64,000 nt of DNA from Thermodesulfobacteriota bacterium (GTDB taxonomy: Bacteria; Desulfobacterota_D; UBA1144; Nemesobacterales; UBA2774): contig OZ244197.1 of assembly GCA_965216785.1 (NCBI GenBank), positions 1,472,001 through 1,536,000 on the forward strand, given 5' to 3'. The notes below the pieces were generated by a model. That model searched no databases. It saw only the letters and a list, made by a program, of their open reading frames with translations, and was not told where the DNA came from. Made by a program: the position numbers and the translations under genes. How positions within the stretch are numbered: position 1 is the first letter of the stretch; each line of letters begins with the position of its first letter. Positions 39,687-49,218 of the stretch are shown here, in pieces.

Positions 39687-41488
39687 TGAGTGTATCTAAT
39701 CCGGAGTCGTTTACAGAAAGTCTCGAAAATTACAGGGAAATATTTCAGAATTTAAATGTTATGGTCACCATTCATGACGAACATGGTGATATAGCTGTCG
39801 TAAATAAAAGGGTTGTTGATTTTCTTGGATATGCCGAAGACGAGATGCTTTCAGTAAGCATTACCGATATGACTACTGCAGAATCTCACCCCTCGTTTTT
39901 AGAACTACTCGAAACTACAATACGAAGTGGTTCATCAACAAAGGAAGTATCTTTCAGAAAGAAAAACGGTGATGTGATCCCCGCAAAAGTGTCTTCAAAT
40001 CTGATTCGGATAAATGGCGAGAAATATATTCTGAGCGTAATGGATGAGGTGACAGAGCTCAAGGAAGTGGAAAAGGAGCTCACGGAAAAAAACCTGTTTA
40101 TCGACTCCATCATTGAGAATATTCCTAACACGATTTTCGTAAAAGATGCGAAAGAGCTTAGGTTTGTGAGGTTTAATAAGGCAGGGGAAGAGCTTCTCGG
40201 ATACTCGAGGAGTGAAATGCTGGGCAAGAACGACTACGACTTTTTCCCCGGAGAAGAAGCCGATTTTTTCACAAATAAAGATAGGGCTGTTCTAAATAGC
40301 AAAGAACTTTTAGATATATCGGAAGAGCAAATACACACAAAAAATATGGGTGTAAGGACGCTTCATACAAAAAAAATCACTATTAACGACGAACATGGGA
40401 ACCCAAAGTATCTCTTAGGAATTTCAGAGGATATTACTGAGCGCAAGAAAGCAGAGGATATGCTCCGGGAAAATGAGGAGTACTATCGTTCAGTAGTTGA
40501 AAATGCTCATGATCTCATAATAGAAACCAATAACTCTGGAACATTTATATATGTGAGTCCCAACCACAAGACTGTCTTAGGGTATGAACCTCAAGAGCTA
40601 GTAGGTACAAGCATTTTTAAAAACATTCATCCCGATGATGTAAAAGATGTTGTTTCAAAATTTTCACAAGCTGTTGTTAGTCAATCTAATGGCCACGGTA
40701 TTTTCAGGTACAGGCATAGTAGTGGTGAATGGAGGTGGTTTGAGACTAACGGCAGGCCCATTAATACTCCTTCTGGTCAGGTGAGGATCATCTTACATTC
40801 CCGCGACATAACAGAGCGTGTGAGGACCGAGGAGCAGATCCGGAAATCGCTCAAGGAGAAGGAATCGCTCCTTCGCGAGATACACCACAGGGTGAAGAAC
40901 AATCTTCAGGTTATATCGAGCCTCCTGAGTCTTCAGTCCGATTATTCAAAAGGCGTAGATTCCTCAAGGCTATTTGAGGAGAGTCAGAACCGAATTTCCG
41001 CAATAGCGCTAATACACGAGCAGCTATACCAGTCAGAAGACCTTGCTGAGATTGATATGGGGGAGTATATAGCCGATTTAGCTGACAACCTGCTAACGGT
41101 TTACGGGGATGAAGGCAGTAACGTCAGCGTGGAGTTCAACACTGATGATTTGAGTGTTGACATAGACACGGCCATACCTTGCGGGCTGATTATCAACGAG
41201 CTGTTTTCCAATTGTTTGAAGCACGCATTTACTCCGGTGATTTCTGGTACAACAAACGGAACTATAAAAAATCTAATATCCGTAGGATTCAGATCCGAGG
41301 CTAGTGGTGAACTTGTTCTCTCGGTGAAAGACAACGGCGTAGGACTTCCGGAGGGACTTGATTATAAAAATACCGAGTCCCTTGGTCTTCAGCTTGTTTG
41401 TACGCTTACAGATCAGCTCGGTGGTAGTATAGAAGTTAAGAACGGGGTTGGATGTGAATTCAGAATCACTTTCCCCTCTGAGGTTTGA
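39686..41488 (+). CDS. Cytoplasmic sensor kinase PAS-PAS-PAS-HisKA_2-HATPase
   Basis: TAATG stop/start overlap with the previous gene; three PAS domains; EIHHRVKNNLQ; DNGVG. Confidence 0.92.
   Translation: MSVSNPESFTESLENYREIFQNLNVMVTIHDEHGDIAVVNKRVVDFLGYAEDEMLSVSITDMTTAESHPSFLELLETTIRSGSSTKEVSFRKKNGDVIPAKVSSNLIRINGEKYILSVMDEVTELKEVEKELTEKNLFIDSIIENIPNTIFVKDAKELRFVRFNKAGEELLGYSRSEMLGKNDYDFFPGEEADFFTNKDRAVLNSKELLDISEEQIHTKNMGVRTLHTKKITINDEHGNPKYLLGISEDITERKKAEDMLRENEEYYRSVVENAHDLIIETNNSGTFIYVSPNHKTVLGYEPQELVGTSIFKNIHPDDVKDVVSKFSQAVVSQSNGHGIFRYRHSSGEWRWFETNGRPINTPSGQVRIILHSRDITERVRTEEQIRKSLKEKESLLREIHHRVKNNLQVISSLLSLQSDYSKGVDSSRLFEESQNRISAIALIHEQLYQSEDLAEIDMGEYIADLADNLLTVYGDEGSNVSVEFNTDDLSVDIDTAIPCGLIINELFSNCLKHAFTPVISGTTNGTIKNLISVGFRSEASGELVLSVKDNGVGLPEGLDYKNTESLGLQLVCTLTDQLGGSIEVKNGVGCEFRITFPSEV
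40825..41208 (+). repeat. 384-bp direct repeat, copy 2 (kinase core)
   Basis: Offset 1802 nt from copy 1; single mismatch. Confidence 0.93.
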
Positions 41489-41550
41489 GAGCGTTTAGAT
41501 TTTAAATCTAAAAGGGCTTTTATTATAAGTTCTTAAAATCTTGCAGTGAG

Positions 41551-41919
41551 CTATATGTTTAGCTGAACATCAAAGCTGCCGATATTTACTTTAGCCGCAA
41601 GCCCGTTTTTAAAGCATATATCTCGGACATCTCCCTGTAAGTCTTTAGGAACAAGTAAAGACAGCTTGACGCCGAGTTCGGATAGCTCTTTCCATTTCCC
41701 CACACGCTCCTCATTTATTGTCTCTTTTGTTTCAACCTCGACTACTTGAACCACCTGTCCATAGTTTACAAACACAGCGTCTGGGTATTTCCCCATGTGC
41801 TCAAAATTCTTTTCGGTCCCCGGGTTGATATGGACATCGCTGTAAAGACGGGAATATTTGCCCTTTATTTTTCTAATCACCCAATCGTGTAAAAACTGCT
41901 CATCCGTCGATCTTTCCAT
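41551..41919 (-). CDS. Hypothetical protein, possible PD-(D/E)xK nuclease-like fold
   Basis: H...YPDAV...VVEVET pattern; overlaps the nadK 3' end by 20 nt. Confidence 0.6.
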   Translation of the reverse strand: MERSTDEQFLHDWVIRKIKGKYSRLYSDVHINPGTEKNFEHMGKYPDAVFVNYGQVVQVVEVETKETINEERVGKWKELSELGVKLSLLVPKDLQGDVRDICFKNGLAAKVNIGSFDVQLNI

Positions 41920-42769
41920 ATCTTTCTCCCCACATCAGCTTGGTCTTAAGAATTGTAAAGAAATCCCTAAACGGTGATTTTATTAATTTTACGGAAGACT
42001 CTGATTTATGGACCTCTACGAAATCACCGCTATTAAGCCTTACTCCAATCTGTCCGTCGAGTGTTAGATAAGTGTCGGGTTCATGAGTCGATACCTTTAT
42101 CTCTACTTTCATGTCGCTCGGTACGATCAAGGGCCTGTTCGTTAGAGTGTGAGGACATATAGGGGTAATAATTATTACGCGCAGTCCTGGATGGACTATC
42201 GGCCCGCCGGCGGACAAATTGTAAGCAGTTGAGCCCGTTGGAGTTGATAGTATTATGCCGTCTGCTTTATATGTCGTAACATGCGAGCCTTCAATATAGA
42301 TAGAAAGATCGATTACTCTTGCGACGGCTCCCTTATTTATAACGACGTCGTTCAGAACATCATAGGATTCAATAGTCTCTTGTCCCCTTCTGATTGAGGC
42401 CCGGAGCATCTTTCTTTTCTCAATTTCATAATCCCCAGAAATAATACGTTCCGCCATGGCTTGAATCTCATCCACGGTGACTTCGGTAAGAAACCCGAGA
42501 CCCCCTAAATTTATACCGAGTATAGGGGTGCCGTTCTTACATGCGATCCTGGCGACGCCAAGGAAAGTGCCGTCTCCGCCGAATACAAGGATGATGTCTA
42601 CAAGCTTGGCTATTTCCTCGTGAGTGGCTGAATTGTGATTCTTAATCTTTTTCGCAAGATCCTCTTCTAGATATACCTCAACCCCTTTGTCAGCGAGCCA
42701 TTCGCATAGTTCCCGGGTCAGGTCAAAAGTTTGCTGAAGGTTTGTCTTACCGATAATCCCTATTTTCAA
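41900..42769 (-). CDS. nadK: NAD(+) kinase
   Basis: FGGDGTFL, GINLGGLGFL, LNDVVI, ADGIILSTPTGSTAYNLSAGGP, LDGQ; TTG start. Confidence 0.97.
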   Translation of the reverse strand: MKIGIIGKTNLQQTFDLTRELCEWLADKGVEVYLEEDLAKKIKNHNSATHEEIAKLVDIILVFGGDGTFLGVARIACKNGTPILGINLGGLGFLTEVTVDEIQAMAERIISGDYEIEKRKMLRASIRRGQETIESYDVLNDVVINKGAVARVIDLSIYIEGSHVTTYKADGIILSTPTGSTAYNLSAGGPIVHPGLRVIIITPICPHTLTNRPLIVPSDMKVEIKVSTHEPDTYLTLDGQIGVRLNSGDFVEVHKSESSVKLIKSPFRDFFTILKTKLMWGERYGKIDG

Positions 42770-42899
42770 AATAGATTCACTCCGCTTGAAAATTTAAGTT
42801 TTAAACTCGCTTATAGGGCAAGAATTATTAATATACCACCCGCGCGGGGTAATCTAAAGATCACAGGCTATTACGCGCCTAACTCGGCACTCAGGTACT

Positions 42900-43998
42900 T
42901 CAGCCCGACATCCATACTAAGTAGTTTTTAATAAACTCACTTAAATCACCATCGAGCACTGGGTCTACATTGCCGGTCTCATACTCGGTTCTGTGGTCTT
43001 TTATCATCCTGTAGGGGTGAAGCACATAAGAGCGTATCTGGCTCCCCCAACCGATCTCTTTTTTCGTAGCGTTGAGCTCATCGATTTTCTCCATCTGTTT
43101 TTCTCTCTCAAGCTCATACAGCCGGGCCCTGAGTATCTTCATCGCCGTGGCTCTGTTTTGGTGCTGAGAGCGCTCGTTCTGACAGCTTACGACAATCCCG
43201 GAGGGTAGGTGAGTAATCCTTATAGCTGAGTCGGTCTTATTGACGTGCTGGCCTCCGGCGCCGCTTGCGCGGTAAGTGTCGACTCTTAAATCTTTCTCGT
43301 CCACCTCGACTTCAATACTTTCGTCTATCTCAGGGGATACGAATACAGAGGCAAAAGATGTGTGTCTTCTTTTATTGGAATCAAAAGGGGAGATGCGCAC
43401 AAGACGGTGAACGCCGCTCTCGCCCTTGAGGTACCCAAAGGCGTACTCTCCGTTCACCATGAAGGTCGCGCTCTTAAGCCCAGCGTCGTCCCCCTCCTGG
43501 TACTCAATCATATTTGTGGCAAACCCACTTCTCTCAGCGTAGCGAAGGTACATTCTTAGCAGCATATCAGCCCAGTCCTGAGCCTCCGTGCCGCCCGCGC
43601 CCGCGTTAATCGAAACGATTGCGTTTCTTGAATCATCAGCCCCGCCCAGAATCCTTTTAAATTCCAGATCTTCCACCTTGGCGGTTATTTCAGTTAATTT
43701 TTCCGTGGCCTCGCGGTATGCGTCCTCATCCTGCTCTTCTGAGGAGAGCTCTTCAAGCACTTCGACGTCCTCGAGCTCTAGCGAGAGCTTTTCCCAGGCT
43801 TCGATTGAGTCTCTTATACGCGCCTGTTCTCTCAGGGTTTCCTGCGCCTTTTCGGCATTGTCCCAGAACCCAGGGCTCCCAGTCAGCTCTTCAAGCTCCT
43901 TTAGTCGCGACTCCTTTCCGGGGAGGTCAAAGAAACTCTCCAAGTACAGCGAGTCTTCTCTTTAGGTCTTTGATCTGCTCTTTGTTCTCTCCTATCAT
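42900..43998 (-). CDS. prfB: Peptide chain release factor 2 (programmed +1 frameshift)
   Basis: ORF1 from ATG 43998 (MIGENKEQIKDLKRRLAVLGEFL) ends at CTT-TGA-C; the +1 frame continues DLPGK... with SPF, GAGGQHVN and WGSQIRSY. Confidence 0.97.
43926..43942 (-). other. prfB +1 ribosomal frameshift cassette
   Basis: Minus strand TGGAGAG TTT CTT TGA C: internal SD-like GGAG, slippery CTT and in-frame UGA. Confidence 0.93.
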
Positions 43999-44322
43999 TG
44001 GGCTCTCCTAGGTATGATTAATATAATGTTCAATATTTCTAATTAGTTGCGGCTAGAAAATATTATAGAGCGTGATTCTAAAAATGCTATAAATTTACAG
44101 GCTCTATTTTCAAGACTCACCTAACTTTTGCTATGTTGAAATATTCAGGATGTTAGGTAGAGTCATATTGATTCTCAACCGCATAATTCACACACAATAT
44201 AGTGATAAACATTAGTAAATACAAATCTATTGTTATTGTATGAGAGTTATCCGTTTTGATCTGTGTCAAGGAACGAAGTCGGCCGAGAGTTTATTACACA
44301 ATTGATAAAAGGAGAAATCGAA

Positions 44323-45462
44323 GTGAAAAAATATCTGTTTACACCAGGGCCGGTAGCGGTACCGAGCGAAGTTTTGATAGAAATGGCGAAACCCATTATC
44401 CATCACAGGACAGCTGAGTTTGAGAGCATCTTCGCTGAGGTTAGAGAGGGACTTAAATACGTCTACGAGACAGAGCAGGAGGTATTCATACTGGCTGCTT
44501 CGGGTACAGGCGCTATGGAAGCCTCTGTTGTTAACACTCTCTCAAGAGGTGATAAGGCTTTGGTCGTAAACGGCGGTAAATTCGGAGAGAGGTGGGGGAA
44601 GATATGCAGGGCTTACGGCGTTGAAGTGGAGGAGCTTATGGTTGAATGGGGTAAGGAAGTTGACCCCGGGGATATAGAGAAAGCCCTTGAAGCAGACCCT
44701 TCGATAAGCGCTGTATTGGTACAGGCGAGCGAAACCTCAACTGGTGTTAAGCACCCTACGAAAGAAATAGCAGAGATTACCGGAAAAAGAGACGATGTAA
44801 TTCTCATAGTAGACGGCATAACAGGGGTAGGCGTCTTTCCGCTTCCCTTTGACAAGTGGGGCATCGATGTGCTCGTAGGAGGCTCTCAAAAGGCTTTTAT
44901 GCTTCCTCCGGGGCTTTCTTTTGCCGCGATGAGTGATAAGGCCTGGAAGTTTTATGAAAAATCCGATCTTCCGAAATTCTACTTCGATTTTAAAACCGCT
45001 TTAAAAAACGCAGAAAAAAACACTACCACATTTACTCCGGCTGTAACTCTGATAATAGGTTTGGCGGCGGTACTCAGAAGATTTATGGCGGAGGGTAGGG
45101 AAAATATGCATGCGCGCCATGAGAAACTGGCGCTTGCCACGAGAGAAGCTATGAGGGCAATCGGTGTTGAGCCATTTGTTCAGGACACTCCGAGCACAGC
45201 CCTTACAACGGTAATTGCCCCTCCGGACATTGGAGCCGGTAAAGTTATCGCGTCACTCAGAGATGATTATGGCATAACCGTTGCGGGAGGCCAGGATCAG
45301 GCTAAAGGGAAGATTTTCAGAATCTCTCACATAGGCGATATAGACAAGACCGATATTCTTTCAATTGTTGCCGCGATTGAGAGCGTGCTAGACGGGCTGG
45401 GTTACGATTTTAATTTCGGTGCCGCGACTAAAAAGGCTGCACAGATACTGAGTGAGGATTAA
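44323..45462 (+). CDS. Class V PLP aminotransferase (serine-pyruvate/alanine-glyoxylate or phosphoserine type)
   Basis: LFTPGP, HHRT, ASGTGAMEA, NGGKFGERW, ETSTGV, GSQKAFMLPPG, FRISHIG; AGGAG RBS before GTG 44323. Confidence 0.92.
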   Translation: MKKYLFTPGPVAVPSEVLIEMAKPIIHHRTAEFESIFAEVREGLKYVYETEQEVFILAASGTGAMEASVVNTLSRGDKALVVNGGKFGERWGKICRAYGVEVEELMVEWGKEVDPGDIEKALEADPSISAVLVQASETSTGVKHPTKEIAEITGKRDDVILIVDGITGVGVFPLPFDKWGIDVLVGGSQKAFMLPPGLSFAAMSDKAWKFYEKSDLPKFYFDFKTALKNAEKNTTTFTPAVTLIIGLAAVLRRFMAEGRENMHARHEKLALATREAMRAIGVEPFVQDTPSTALTTVIAPPDIGAGKVIASLRDDYGITVAGGQDQAKGKIFRISHIGDIDKTDILSIVAAIESVLDGLGYDFNFGAATKKAAQILSED

Positions 45463-45549
45463 CCCCGGACGAATCAGCAATTTAGAATATAGTAGATTAA
45501 GGGCCACGCCGGCAAGTTTATAAAAGCTAGCAAGTAGTCAACTCTAGGA

Positions 45550-46473
45550 CTATTTGTCGTTCATGTTGTCATAGCACTGCTCGTTAGTTTCTTCACAGTC
45601 GATAGTCTCTACCTGAAGCGTTACGTGAGTAATATTAAATTTTTCAAAAAGGTTTTTCTTTATCTCACGTATCAGCTTTTCCCCTTTTTGCATATCATCG
45701 ATCACTAAATGAGCGCTCAGGGATTCAAAACCCTGTGTCAGGGTCCATACGTGCAGGTCATGAACGCTGATCACTCCCTCACAAGCGCAGATTGAGCTTT
45801 GTACCGAATTAAGATCAAGACCCTTTGGAGTTCCCTCAAGAAGAATATGGACCGATTCTCTAAACAGGACCCAGGCCCCCCTTATTATTAAGACCGAAAC
45901 AATGATACTGACAATGGAGTCTGCGTAATACCATTTTGTCTGTATCATAATGACACCGGCTATGATAGCCCCCACTGAGCCTAGCGCGTCACTCAATACG
46001 TGGTATAGCGCTCCTCTTATATTCAGGTTTCCGCTTTGATACTTATATAAGATATAAGCTCCTAGGAGGTTTATACCCAGGCCGATAACGGCGACTACTG
46101 TCATTTCAAGGCTCTTCACCTCGTGGGGGTTCTGAATTCTTTTAAATGCTTCGAACAGGATCCCGGCTGAGATCGCGAACAAGAGCAGGCTGTTAAAGAA
46201 AGCACCTATAATCTCGGCTCTATAGTATCCGTAAGTTTTTGTGTGTGTAGCAGGTCTCTGGGTTATCCATATCGCAACATACGCGACTAAGAGCGCGAAT
46301 ACGTCTGTTAGCATGTGCGCCGCGTCCGACAAAAGCGCAAGACTGCCTGTGTAGAAGCCGGCGCCCGCCTCTACGAACATAAAGCACGTCGTAAGCAAAA
46401 GCACTATGGTGAGCGCTTTTTTTTGATCCGCGCCGGAGGGTCCATGGTTGTGGTTGTGGCCGTGATGTCCCAT
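45550..46473 (-). CDS. Cation diffusion facilitator (CzcD/ZitB type)
   Basis: His-rich N-terminus, SLALLSDAAHMLTD, TYGYYRAE, HVLSDALGS, VHDLHVW, HVTLQ. Confidence 0.94.
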   Translation of the reverse strand: MGHHGHNHNHGPSGADQKKALTIVLLLTTCFMFVEAGAGFYTGSLALLSDAAHMLTDVFALLVAYVAIWITQRPATHTKTYGYYRAEIIGAFFNSLLLFAISAGILFEAFKRIQNPHEVKSLEMTVVAVIGLGINLLGAYILYKYQSGNLNIRGALYHVLSDALGSVGAIIAGVIMIQTKWYYADSIVSIIVSVLIIRGAWVLFRESVHILLEGTPKGLDLNSVQSSICACEGVISVHDLHVWTLTQGFESLSAHLVIDDMQKGEKLIREIKKNLFEKFNITHVTLQVETIDCEETNEQCYDNMNDK

Positions 46474-46539
46474 CTGAATTAAAAATACACACGCCCTACT
46501 TTGGAGTCAAAGCAGTGGGCTCGTATTTAGCTTCTTTCC

Positions 46540-46845
46540 CTAAGACGCTTTTTTTTGAGCAGGACCGGCAAAGTGACGGTCGCGTATAGGGTCGTTGTCG
46601 AGATCTGAGATCAGATATCCGATCCGGTATTGATCTCCCGGGAAATAGTAGAGCCGTATACCCTGGGGCGTGAGTAGATACAGCCCGTCTTTTTTGGTGT
46701 CATCGGGCAATTCTACTTCATATATAGGGAAGCCGACGGTGCCGCCCCCGATATTTATCTGACGTCTCTCATTTCTTAATTTTTTTATGTTTTTCGCAAT
46801 ACCCCAGACCTTGGGGAAGATCTGGCCGTTTACAGTTATTTTCAT
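46540..46845 (-). CDS. Hypothetical protein
   Basis: 101-aa ORF with GAGGT RBS, co-oriented with neighbours. Confidence 0.65.
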   Translation of the reverse strand: MKITVNGQIFPKVWGIAKNIKKLRNERRQINIGGGTVGFPIYEVELPDDTKKDGLYLLTPQGIRLYYFPGDQYRIGYLISDLDNDPIRDRHFAGPAQKKAS

Positions 46846-46872
46846 TACTTACCTCGTTAAGATGATGTGTTA

Positions 46873-47235
46873 TTAGGCTGATATCTTGATTTCTGTAATA
46901 AGCCCCGTGCAGGTGATTATTTTATCTAAATTTTCGTTCCTGGGATATAAATAGCGGTGCTCGGGTTTTTCTCCGCAACTGCGGCAAACTTCCTCCTCCT
47001 CTGATATATCAACCCAGATTGCGCAAGCGCCGCAGTAATCTCCCATCTCCTCATACCAGGCTAAATGAGAATACAAGAGCTCATTCAATCCTCTCTTGCC
47101 CAGGGTGGAAGCCCACTCAGTCAGGTCCTGGGTAATTCTCTCTCTGAATTTAGGCGGAACCTCAGACAGGTCGCCCGAATAGATTTGGTCTTGGTTAACA
47201 TAAATTTTACAGCTAAAAGACTTTTCGCCTGTCAT
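46873..47235 (-). CDS. Hypothetical protein with zinc-ribbon-like CxxC...CxxC
   Basis: YCGAC...VCRSCG; 120 aa, fills the gap on the operon strand. Confidence 0.65.
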   Translation of the reverse strand: MTGEKSFSCKIYVNQDQIYSGDLSEVPPKFRERITQDLTEWASTLGKRGLNELLYSHLAWYEEMGDYCGACAIWVDISEEEEVCRSCGEKPEHRYLYPRNENLDKIITCTGLITEIKISA

Positions 47236-47307
47236 ATTGGTAATTGATAAGGATACAGACTATTTAATAAACCCAAAAGAGGTTAAGTCTTTTGTCCCGG
47301 ATTTTTT

Positions 47308-49218
47308 TCAGTTGCTCATAGCCTCAGCGCCGAGCACGCTGGCCACAGCATCCTGTATCTGGTCCACTGAGAAGGGTTTCTTGATTATCTTGTACGAGCC
47401 TTCTGAAATCTCATCAGGAAGCTGTTCCTCTGAGCGTCCGCTTATAATTATCACAGTAGAGTTCGGGTCAATCGTTCCTATGTCTCTTAGTATTTCGACG
47501 CCGTCTTTTTTGGGCATCGAAAGGTCAAGGAATATAATGTCAAAATGGTTTTGCTTAATTAGCCCGAGAGCACTCTCACCGTTACCGGCTGTCATAACGT
47601 TGTGCCCCGTACTTGATAAACACTCCTTTATTATATCACGGATAAATTCTTCATCGTCCACGACAAGTATGTTCCCCTTTCTTCTAAGCTCCAGCACCTT
47701 CGCGCTCTCGACTTTTTGTCCTGTTTTAGTGCTGACGCTTTTGCTTAGAGTCTGCACATTTGGCAGGAGTATGGTGAAAGTGGTTCCTTTGTCAATCTCG
47801 CTGCTCACGTCGATTCGTCCGCCGTGGCGCTCGATTATAGCATAAATTACGGACAGGCCGAGCCCCGTCCCTGATTTTGTGCCTTCACTGAACTTTGTGG
47901 TGAAAAACGGTTCGAAGATTCTGGGCAGATTCTCACTGGATATTCCGCTGCCTGTATCTGAGAAGTCGATCCTTACGTTATTGCCTTCTAGTTTTGTGCT
48001 TATAGCTATGGCGCCGCCGCCCGGCATGGCGTGTTTTGAGTTAATTGCTAGGTTCAGGAAAACCTGCTGCAGCTCGCCCAAATTCAGTCTGATAGCCGGC
48101 ACTTTTTCGTAGTTCCGGAGAATCTTGATTCCCTCTGTTTCAAATGTGTGCTCGACTAGGCTAAGTGCGTCGTCAATAACGTTCTCTATCTGAGCGACCT
48201 GGAACTTCTCGCCCTTTTGCCTTGAGAAGCTTAGGAGTTTATTCACTATTTCGACAGCCCTATCTGAGGCTTTTTCTATAACATCGAGGTCTTTTCTCAC
48301 CCCCTCCATGTTATCTCTTGTAATCGCGAGACTCGTGTAGCCGATTATTCCCGAGAGTATGTTGTTAAATTCGTGCGCGACGCCTGCCGCGAGCTGCCCG
48401 ACGCCGGACATCTTAGCCGAATGGATAAGCTGCGCCTCGAGTTTTTTCTTCTCTGTAATATCTTCGGTCGCTACGATAACGCCGAATATCTCTCCTGTCT
48501 CAAAATCCACTAGCGGAGAGAGAGATACCTCAAGGAATTCATCTCCCGACTTAAGCTCGTGCTTAGTGGAATAGGAGGCTTCGCTAAGTATCTTTGGAAT
48601 AATAGTCTCAAAATTTATACCGTCTAAGAGGTCGCTGAGTTTCTCGCCAATGCAGTCCTTTTTAAAAATCTCCTTTGTCTTTGGATTCGCGCTCTGTATA
48701 ACAAGGTTCCTGTCAGTAGTGATAATACTTTCAATCGTGCTGTTAAGAGTGTTCTCAAGCTGACGGTTTCTTTCTTTAACTTTTTGTTCAAGGTTTGTGT
48801 TTAGCTCTTTTAAGTCGCTTAAAAGTCCCGTGTTCTGTTTGTACAGGTCGTATCTTTCAACAGCGTGCTCTATGACGCTTTTGAGTTTGCTGTAATCAAG
48901 CGGTTTGATAAGGTAGTCAAAGGCGCCGTTCTGCACCGCTTCCACAGCTGTTTCAAGAGAGGCAAACCCGGTCATTAGGATTACCGGAATATGCGGGTCT
49001 TTGTTCCTTATTTCCTCAAGTAGGTCTATACCGCTTTTTTTAGGCATTCTAATGTCGGAAATCACAACATCAAAAGACTTAACCTTTAAGAACTCGATTG
49101 CCTTCTCGCAGTTATTAGCGGCTAGTACTTCATAGCCTTCCTTAGTTAGGATGTCGGCAATGATCTTCAGAATCAGATGTTCATCGTCAACGACTAATAC
49201 CCTTTTAGTGTTGTCCAT
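47308..49218 (-). CDS. Hybrid kinase REC-coiled coil-PAS-HisKA-HATPase-REC
   Basis: VLVVDDE...SDIRMP...DYLIKP; AHEFNNIL; NLAINS, SDTGSG, FEPFFTTK, GTGLGL; ILVVDDE...LDLSMP...KPF; AGGAG RBS before ATG 49218. Confidence 0.93.
   Translation of the reverse strand: MDNTKRVLVVDDEHLILKIIADILTKEGYEVLAANNCEKAIEFLKVKSFDVVISDIRMPKKSGIDLLEEIRNKDPHIPVILMTGFASLETAVEAVQNGAFDYLIKPLDYSKLKSVIEHAVERYDLYKQNTGLLSDLKELNTNLEQKVKERNRQLENTLNSTIESIITTDRNLVIQSANPKTKEIFKKDCIGEKLSDLLDGINFETIIPKILSEASYSTKHELKSGDEFLEVSLSPLVDFETGEIFGVIVATEDITEKKKLEAQLIHSAKMSGVGQLAAGVAHEFNNILSGIIGYTSLAITRDNMEGVRKDLDVIEKASDRAVEIVNKLLSFSRQKGEKFQVAQIENVIDDALSLVEHTFETEGIKILRNYEKVPAIRLNLGELQQVFLNLAINSKHAMPGGGAIAISTKLEGNNVRIDFSDTGSGISSENLPRIFEPFFTTKFSEGTKSGTGLGLSVIYAIIERHGGRIDVSSEIDKGTTFTILLPNVQTLSKSVSTKTGQKVESAKVLELRRKGNILVVDDEEFIRDIIKECLSSTGHNVMTAGNGESALGLIKQNHFDIIFLDLSMPKKDGVEILRDIGTIDPNSTVIIISGRSEEQLPDEISEGSYKIIKKPFSVDQIQDAVASVLGAEAMSN

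Noticed and set aside
39023-41208. The 384-bp repeat as a DGR template/variable pair
   Set aside because: There is only one A/G difference, both copies are in-frame kinase coding sequence, and no reverse transcriptase is in the window
47237-47845. 202-aa plus-strand ORF
   Set aside because: Antisense shadow of the hybrid kinase; the same applies to other overlapping opposite-strand ORFs such as 20911-21504, 35113-35565 and 33452-33910
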